12,763 nt of DNA from Coleofasciculus chthonoplastes F2-STO-03 (GTDB taxonomy: Bacteria; Cyanobacteriota; Cyanobacteriia; Cyanobacteriales; Coleofasciculaceae), in assembly GCA_040222015.1 (NCBI GenBank), contig JAVJWO010000166.1:1-12763 (forward strand). Direction: 5' to 3'. Both the position numbers and the translations under genes were made by a program. The notes beneath the pieces are model-generated. The model was not told the origin of the DNA and did no database searches. It worked only from the letters and a program-made list of their open reading frames with translations. Positions 6,870-12,763 of the stretch are shown here, one piece after another; position 1 is the stretch's first letter; each line of letters begins with the position of its first letter.

Positions 6870-8574
6870 CTGCTGTGTGACAAGATGCGTCAGGGTGAAT
6901 GTTTGGTGCTGCTGGATGGTTTGGATGAGGTATTTAATCAGACTAGCCGTCAGCAGATTGTTAAACAAATTGAGGCGTTTGTTACCGATTATGAGGAGGT
7001 GTGGCGACGAGACGCGGAGAAAGAAGCCGAGGAACTGTTGGAGGCAATTCACGGGAATGAAGGGGTCAAACGCCTCACCGGAAATCCCCTATTATTAACC
7101 ATTTTGGCATTAATTCATCGCAATGGGTCGCGCCTCCCCCATCGGCGGGTGGAACTGTATGCGTTGGCGGTGAAGACGTTGATAGAAGATTGGCAATTGA
7201 GTAAGAATTTACCCGATGCGCCAAAGGTAGTGTTGCGGGAAAGTGAGGTAATTGAACTTTTAGCACCCCTGGCGTATTGGATGCATGAGGAGAAACCATC
7301 GGGGTTAATTACGCAGGCGGAAGCGGAAGATGGGACAGAATCAGAGTGGTGTGTCAATGAGATTAACTTTTATCACCGCGATGTCTTACCTGCGAAGCGA
7401 TCAGTATAATAAGGCAATTCCTCTTTTAGAAGAGATAACTGAGCAAAATAACAGCGGGATTCAGGCTTATATTGATTGGTCACTGGCTGTAGCTTATCAG
7501 GGAGTGAATAGCTCTTTATCACATAAGAAGAACCTATCAAAGTTGGGAAAAATATGAACAAGCAATAGAGTATCACCACCAAAGCATTGAACTCTATGAG
7601 CAATTAGATAAACAGCAGGATGTCGCTAATCAGTGGTACTGGCTAGCTGTTTGCTATCACAACTGGGGACAATATGAAAAAGCGATAGAGTGTGAACAAA
7701 AGTGTTTAGCCATTCGCCAGCAGCTCAATGACCAACCCCGAATCGCTTTAGCCTACTATCAATTGGGTAGAATATATCAGGATTGGGGCAAATATAAAAA
7801 CGCGATCGCACATCACCAACAAAGCCGTGATTTATACCAGCAAATCGGTCACAATGAACGCATAGCTAGAAGTTACAGATACATTGGCAAAACCCAACGC
7901 CTCCTCGCCCAGACTACCCCCGACACCACCGCCGCCCTCACCCTCCTCAGCCAAGCGGAAGAAAACATACGCCAAAGCATACAAATTAATACCAAAAACG
8001 ACTACAAAAAGAAGCTGGGGTATGATTACACCGCCCTCGCCCTCGTCTATGCTGAACGCTTGCACCAAATCCCGGCGGTTGATTCTAACTTATCGGAACA
8101 AATCAGCCAATTTCAAACCAACTACACCCTCGGCTTAACCCGCCTCCGCCAACTCGGACAAACCGTAGATAGTGCTGAAGAAACACTGGATATTGCCCGC
8201 GCTTACTTACGAATTGACCCGATAAAATGGACAGGATGCACCGAATATAGAGACGAGACATCGCACGTCGGGGAACCCCTAAAGCAAGCCGAAACCCTCA
8301 CCCGCGCCGCCCTGGAAACATTCCAAGCCTATAACCGCCGTAAACTGCAAACCGCCGCGCAGCAACTTCTGGAGGAAATTGAGCAGCGCCGCGCCGACGA
8401 TAACCAACCCAAAAGTTCATAGTTCGTAATAATGCGAACCGCTTTATTGACAAATTTACTCCATTGTGAATGTATCAAGACTGGAGTCATCTTCAAGAGA
8501 TTTATGACTTGACAAAAGGATCTCGGTTATGTATTTACTTAAGGTTGGAAGAAAAAGAAAAAACGAAAAAATTA

Positions 8575-9120
8575 ATGATTTTTGGTACAACGACTGAGTG
8601 GAGAATAGTGATAGCGACAGGGATGGCTATTCTTGCCTCCTCTATTAATCTGGGTGACACCAAGGCTCAATCTATCCCTAATCCCCAAACTATTCTGCTC
8701 GCCCAAACCTTTGGCGGAATAGAGCGAGAAATATCCCTTGAGGAGGTACCCCTTCCAGTTATGGCGGCGGTGCGGACAGTGACGGGTGCTGAACCCACAG
8801 CGGCAAACATTGAAATGAAGCCGGATGGGTCAATAGTCTATGAATTAAGGGGTCAAAACCAGCAAGGCTTTGAATTCTGGGCTGATGCAACTCCCAATGG
8901 ACAAATTGTTGAGGTAGACGAAGAAATTGAGCGGAGTGCTGTTCCGGAAGATGTGATCAAAGCGCTTAAACGGTGGGAACCAAACGCCTCCATCGTCAGT
9001 ACGTGGCGCAGTACTCGTCTAGGGGAATTTGTCTATGAAATTGTTCTTGATAATGATTTCTGGTTTGAAATTACTGCGGATACTAAGCAAATCACGATTC
9101 ATAGACTACAGCGTTCATAA
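8575..9120 (+). CDS. Secreted PepSY-like (BLIP-like) two-repeat protein, about 181 aa
   Basis: Probable ATG at 8575; the upstream extension from 8470 is A-rich and looks non-coding. Hydrophobic signal WRIVIATGMAILAS..TKA-Q. Two repeats EREISLEEVPLPVMAAV...VYEL and DEEIERSAVPEDVIKAL...VYEI match the xxLPxxVxxxx...YEV pattern of PepSY-like domains. Confidence 0.78.
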   Translation: MIFGTTTEWRIVIATGMAILASSINLGDTKAQSIPNPQTILLAQTFGGIEREISLEEVPLPVMAAVRTVTGAEPTAANIEMKPDGSIVYELRGQNQQGFEFWADATPNGQIVEVDEEIERSAVPEDVIKALKRWEPNASIVSTWRSTRLGEFVYEIVLDNDFWFEITADTKQITIHRLQRS

Positions 9121-9268
9121 GTCGGTGGAACAAATTAAAGTTAAATGCTGGGGAGCGTCATTTGTCCTTTGTCAGGATTTGAGGAGTATTGACAGACTTT
9201 AATAGAGTTGGGTGGAGTTATACCAACCGACTTCGGTGAGAAAATGTTCACAACGACGCCAGAGACTC

Positions 9269-10288
9269 ATGAAGACATTTACATTGACGAATTGGTCGAA
9301 ATTTATAGCTGTGGCATTAACCGCAACGACAATTCCGTTCACGACGAGTGCTGTTTATGCTCAAGTTCTGAAAGGGTTTGGGGCTTCGTTTCCTCAACCC
9401 CTTTACCAACGCTATAGCGCCGAATACGAACGGGAAACCGGCAAAACGTTTGAATACACAGCCATTGGCAGTGGCGGTGGGATTCGCAAATTTATGGAGC
9501 GAGCTGTGGACTTTGGGGCAACCACATTAATTCCGACTCCCATTGAGGAAAATCAAGTGGAAGATGGATTGCTGATGGTGCCGACTGGGGGAGGGGCTGT
9601 TGCTATTGTTTATAATCTTAAAGATGTCCCCACGAATATAAAACTTTCTCGTGAACAACTTGCCAAGATTTTTACGGGTCAAATTGGCAATTGGAAACAG
9701 GTGAATCCCCGCTTTCCGAATAAAGAAATTCAAGTTATCGTGCGCTCGGACAGTAGCGGTGCTACCTTTGTCTTGACGAAATACTTAAATAAAATTAGTG
9801 GGGGGAAGATAGAAGCCAGCCGAGAACCCGATTGGGGATTTGATATTTTTGCGGCGCGTCCCCAGGATAGTGGCGTGGCGGCAGAGGTGCGGCGCATTGA
9901 TGGAGCAATTGGTTATGTTCAATCAGGTGTTGCTCAGAGGAATAATCTGCCTGTGGCTCGGCTGGAAAATCAAGCGGGTCGTTATGTTAAACCGACATTA
10001 GCAGAAACCAAGAAAGCTCTGGAAAATGTCACGTTTAACCAGGATTTTACCACGGACAATATTAATGATCCAGAGGAGGGTTATCCGTTAGTTAGTTTAA
10101 CCTGGCTACTTATTTATAAAAGATATCCGAATCAAACCCTTGTCCAAGAGACTCAAGATGTGTTGAATTGGATCATGACGCGGGGACAAGAGTTTAATCA
10201 AGAGCTAGAATATACGAGAATTCCCGAAGATGTCGCCCAAAAGGTGCTCGAAACAGCAAATACAGAATTGAAGGTTCGCCCCTATTAA
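9269..10288 (+). CDS. pstS: PstS-family periplasmic binding protein with atypical binding-site residues, about 339 aa
   Basis: ATG at 9269 with Sec signal ending AVYA-Q and no lipobox. Motifs GFGASFPQPLY, IGSGGG, VDFGAT, VYNL, KIFTGQIGNW, RSDSSGAT, GAIGYV, YPLVSLTWLLIY. Confidence 0.9.
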   Translation: MKTFTLTNWSKFIAVALTATTIPFTTSAVYAQVLKGFGASFPQPLYQRYSAEYERETGKTFEYTAIGSGGGIRKFMERAVDFGATTLIPTPIEENQVEDGLLMVPTGGGAVAIVYNLKDVPTNIKLSREQLAKIFTGQIGNWKQVNPRFPNKEIQVIVRSDSSGATFVLTKYLNKISGGKIEASREPDWGFDIFAARPQDSGVAAEVRRIDGAIGYVQSGVAQRNNLPVARLENQAGRYVKPTLAETKKALENVTFNQDFTTDNINDPEEGYPLVSLTWLLIYKRYPNQTLVQETQDVLNWIMTRGQEFNQELEYTRIPEDVAQKVLETANTELKVRPY

Positions 10289-10329
10289 AACCCTGGCTTT
10301 TCAGGGGAATAAACCAGGGAAACGGGGAA

Positions 10330-10394
10330 TGTAGGGGCGGGTTTTACTACTATCTTTTCGGTTGCACCCAGATGTAATTAAACCCGCCCCTACA
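10330..10394 (+). repeat. REP-like inverted-repeat element, GTAGGGGCGGGTTT family (copy 4)
   Basis: Perfect 15-bp IR TGTAGGGGCGGGTTT (10330-10344) / AAACCCGCCCCTACA (10380-10394) with a 35-nt spacer. Confidence 0.9.
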
Positions 10395-10499
10395 CAGACG
10401 CCAGGTTACCTTGATAGTCGCGAATGGTCTTGCATTATAGGCAGTGAAACGTCAGATGAAAAATTCGGGTTGGGGATGAGGAGGACTAAAGGAAAAATT

Positions 10500-12146
10500 A
10501 TGAACAAACAGAGTGCGCTATTGCCAGTAACATCAGCCATACTAGGTTATAATCTCCTAATTGTATCCCCAGTTTCAGCACAAGCCGAGCCGATTAATCT
10601 GCCATTCGCTGATTCGCCGACACCCTCAACACTGGGGTTGCCCATTGAAGACGATAGCCAACCGGATTCCGCCCTGGCTCAAATCACTCCGGTGAGTGAA
10701 TTGCGCGATGTGAGTCCTAGGGATTGGGCGTATGAGGCATTGCGTAGTTTGGTAGAAAAATACCGTTGTTTAAGGGGTTCGAGCGACCAAACTTTTGAAG
10801 GCAATCGGGCGTTAACCCGTTATGAATTTGCGGCGACACTTAACCTTTGTTTGAGTCGGATTGAACAGTTAATTACTGACGCCAACACCAATGGAATTAA
10901 CCAAGAAGACTTAGCCACGGTGCAACGGTTACAAGCCGATTTTGCGACAGAATTAGAGACAGTGATCACGGAATTAGATACCCTAGATGCAAGAGTTGTG
11001 CGTCTTGAGGATCAGACATTCAGTACGACAACAATTCTACGCGGTGGTGTAAATTTTAGTATGGCGGGGGCGTTTGGCGATCGCCAGGCGGTTCCTAGGA
11101 GCGAAAATCCCTCAGAAGACTTGGATGAAACCCTCACCCTCTCATCCCTTGTCAGCCTTAGTTTGGATACTAGCTTTACAGGTAGAGATCGATTGCGAAC
11201 CGGGATACTCGCGGGGAATGGGAATAATTTTGGCAGTAGCGTGACGGGAACCGATATGACTCGTCTGATTGGTGCGGTGAATACGGGCAATGATGTGATC
11301 ATTGGTACCCTATTTTACGAATTCCCCCTCGGCGATCGCGGCATCATGGCGATCGCGCCGGCGGCTGATTTTCCGACTCGGATTTTTCCGGCGCTGAATC
11401 CGGTTTCCTCTATTTCTAATTTTGGTGCTGAAAGCCCGATTTACTCCTTTGCCTTTGGTGCAGGAACCGTAGCCTACTACCAATTTACCGATGAACTAGC
11501 GGCTGGGGTAACCTATTTAACCACGTCGGGTAGTAATCCAGATGAGGGACTTTTCAATGGTCAATATACGGCTTTAGGTCAGGTAACGTTTACCCCATCA
11601 GACGAGTTGAGCATGGCGTTAACCTATGGTCGATATTATGCCCCTGAACCCGGTTCAACGGTTAATATTACTGCGTCTAAGGGCAGTCAATTGGCTCAGT
11701 TACCTTTTGGTGAAAGTACTGCTACTTCCTCCAATGCTTTGGGCTTACAATCAACTTACAAGTTAAACGATCAGATGATTCTGGGCGGTTGGCTGAGCTA
11801 CTTTCAGGCGAATGCGGAAGGTTCACCAACTGTGAGTGGTTTGAGTGGTTCATCTGGCGCCGATGCAGATATCTGGAGTTGGGCAGTTACACTGGCTGTG
11901 CTGGATGTGGGGAAATTAGGCAGTCAATTAAATTTTGTGGTTGGGATGCCGCCGAAAGTGACCCATAATGATATTGTTGAGCGAGAAGATGAGGATACCT
12001 CTTTACATTTTGAATTATCATATACTTATCCCCTGAGTGATCGAATTTTTATCACTCCCGGCTTGATGATGATTACCAATCCTGAACATAATGCAAATAA
12101 TGATACTCTTTGGGTGGGATTGATGCGAACCAGCTTTAGTTTTTAG
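10500..12146 (+). CDS. Cyanobacterial outer-membrane porin (SLH domain + coiled coil + OprB-type barrel; SomA/'iron uptake porin' family), about 548 aa
   Basis: ATG at 10500 preceded by AAGGA; signal peptide ending VSA-Q. SLH motifs ELRDVSPRDWAYEALRSLVEKY and RALTRYEFAA. Also RLQADFATEL, FSTTT, LDTSFTGRDRL, ITPG..ITNPEHN and C-terminal RTSFSF (terminal Phe). Confidence 0.95.
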   Translation: MNKQSALLPVTSAILGYNLLIVSPVSAQAEPINLPFADSPTPSTLGLPIEDDSQPDSALAQITPVSELRDVSPRDWAYEALRSLVEKYRCLRGSSDQTFEGNRALTRYEFAATLNLCLSRIEQLITDANTNGINQEDLATVQRLQADFATELETVITELDTLDARVVRLEDQTFSTTTILRGGVNFSMAGAFGDRQAVPRSENPSEDLDETLTLSSLVSLSLDTSFTGRDRLRTGILAGNGNNFGSSVTGTDMTRLIGAVNTGNDVIIGTLFYEFPLGDRGIMAIAPAADFPTRIFPALNPVSSISNFGAESPIYSFAFGAGTVAYYQFTDELAAGVTYLTTSGSNPDEGLFNGQYTALGQVTFTPSDELSMALTYGRYYAPEPGSTVNITASKGSQLAQLPFGESTATSSNALGLQSTYKLNDQMILGGWLSYFQANAEGSPTVSGLSGSSGADADIWSWAVTLAVLDVGKLGSQLNFVVGMPPKVTHNDIVEREDEDTSLHFELSYTYPLSDRIFITPGLMMITNPEHNANNDTLWVGLMRTSFSF

Positions 12147-12377
12147 GTTGATGTCAAGGGAAGCCTGTCTCCTTTGTTGAACCATGGGAACGTAGGCAGA
12201 GCCTTCTTTTTTAGTAACCCAATCTTCGATGCCAGCTACTATTTCAAAAGAACCACAATGCCTGTATGTATCTGGTCGCAGCACTAGGGTTCGGTTAATT
12301 CGGTTGAATCCTTTACGGGTTTTTCCTTGATGACCTGGTTGTCCTCCCGGTCGCCGTTTGCGTTTGTCTTTTTCCTT

Positions 12378-12402
12378 GTAGTGCGAGCATCTTGCTCGCT
12401 AC
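12378..12402 (+). repeat. GTAG-type REP palindrome
   Basis: GTAG-t-GCGAGCA-tct-TGCTCGC-TAC. Confidence 0.75.
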
Positions 12403-12411
12403 TAATATCCA

Positions 12412-12502
12412 TAGGATTTACGCAAAGCCTCTATGTGTAGAGTGCGATAGGGTCGCATAACGCACCTTTTCCACCTTATGTGGTGTGGCTGCGTAAGTCT
12501 TT
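12412..12502. mobile_element. About 90-bp MITE-like element with AGGA(C/T)TTACGCA ends, containing a degenerate GTAG REP
   Basis: AGGATTTACGCA (12413-12424) versus TGCGTAAGTCTT (12490-12501), 10/12 inverted match. (T)ATCCA direct repeat at 12406-12411 and 12502-12507. Confidence 0.6.
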
Positions 12503-12524
12503 ATCCAATCTCACTGGAATGTTA

Positions 12525-12588
12525 AATCGGGCGCACGTCGGTAATTGGGCGCACGTCGGTAATCGGGCGCACGTCGGTGCGCCCCTAC
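12525..12588. repeat. 18-bp tandem triplication ending in a REP hairpin
   Basis: AAT(C/T)GGGCGCACGTCGGT three times (12525-12578). The last copy completes GGGCGCAC-gtcg-GTGCGCCC-CTAC. Confidence 0.9.
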
Positions 12589-12619
12589 GATGAATGGTGC
12601 AAGATGTAAGGTTGATGCA

Positions 12620-12730
12620 GTAACGTCCTCCTACACCGACCCTACGGGTACGGTTGTAGGCTTCCTTTGGGGTTCCGTTTCAGAACGACGCTTCCGGCGT
12701 TTTATAGTGGGGAATACGCAAGAGCCCACT
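12620..12730 (-). mobile_element. Probable right end of an IS200/IS605- or IS607-type (TnpB) element, omega/reRNA-like scaffold
   Basis: Minus strand reads GAAGCCTACAACCGTACCCGTAGGGTCGGTGTAGGAGGACGTTAC: subterminal hairpin (12630-12660) then GGAGGACGTTAC, resembling remembered GGAGGATGTCA(C/A) ends. No tnpB coding sequence is recognisable in the window. Confidence 0.45.
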
Positions 12731-12763
12731 TCTTGCTTATCGCAAGAGAATTAATATTAGCTT

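Larger units (their letters stand above)
6026..8422 (+). pseudogene. Degraded NACHT-NTPase + TPR (STAND/NLR-like) gene: 5'-truncated, frameshifted and internally deleted
   Basis: Fragments in successive frames: RDFLETFRGYAPDFWDWRE...VMQVQRQVD (about 6026-6226, no start codon); IFLDQVYVSLKAE (to stop 6307-6309); Walker A GDPGAGKTT, FPVFLRVADY, Walker B LVLLDGLDEV and NPLLLT (6318-7409 frame); a helical/TPR-like piece (7330-7505); TPR units YQSWEKYEQAIEYHHQS / YHNWGQYEKAIECEQKC / YQDWGKYKNAIAHHQQS open from 7508 to stop 8422. Confidence 0.88.
104..11356. other. HIP1 octamers (GCGATCGC), 11 copies
   Basis: Found at 104, 2837, 3700, 4639, 4788, 5468, 5734, 7802, 11077, 11332 and 11349; fewer than one is expected by chance in 12.8 kb. 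Confidence 0.9.

Noticed and set aside
6318..7409. Treating the 363-aa NACHT ORF or the 219-aa TPR ORF (7763-8422) as intact genes
   Set aside because: Both have TTG starts within continuing homology and junctions where conserved segments are missing; they are pseudogene fragments.
8447..9194. Three TTGACA hexamers (8447, 8509, 9189) as sigma70 -35 boxes
   Set aside because: No good TAnnnT at 16-18 bp spacing (best is TATTTA at 8532), so no promoter is called.
10362..10499. N-terminal extension of the porin ORF
   Set aside because: Begins inside a REP element; the signal peptide and AAGGA point to ATG 10500.
12018..12284. 88-aa minus-strand ORF overlapping the porin 3' end
   Set aside because: 129-bp antisense overlap and no recognisable domain; at most an unassignable gene remnant.
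12525..12578. CRISPR array
   Set aside because: The 18-bp units are directly adjacent with no spacers, and no cas genes are present. The dispersed REP doublets are inverted repeats, not an array.
12510..12610. Possible further MITE ending in TGGTGCAAGATGTAAG (12595-12610)
   Set aside because: Resembles a remembered cyanobacterial TIR, but the left partner matches only CTCAC at 12510 and no TSD is evident.

Overview
Window from a filamentous cyanobacterium: 11 HIP1 GCGATCGC octamers, dense GTAG-type REP palindromes, and a cyanobacterial FHA-family gene and SLH porin. It resembles Coleofasciculus/Oscillatoriales, but that assignment is inference. Gene order: small secreted Cys-loop peptide (+), filamentous-haemagglutinin (TPS)-domain beta-helix protein (+), XRE-like hypothetical (-), aroA (-), an eroded NACHT-TPR (STAND/NLR-like) pseudogene (+), then a co-oriented trio of PepSY-like secreted protein, PstS-family binding protein and SLH/OprB-type porin (+). 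Intergenic DNA holds two clear MITEs with target-site duplications, a third likely MITE, many REP-like hairpins and a probable IS200/IS605 right end. The strongest leads are (i) the PstS paralogue, which has lost the phosphate-discriminating Asp (E. coli D56->T) and T141 (->A) and sits in a PepSY-PstS-porin cassette with no pstCAB, suggesting a non-canonical uptake or sensing system, and (ii) a 66-aa signal-peptide/pro-region/C-x9-C micro-protein upstream of the FHA gene. All alignments were done by eye; no database searches were run.
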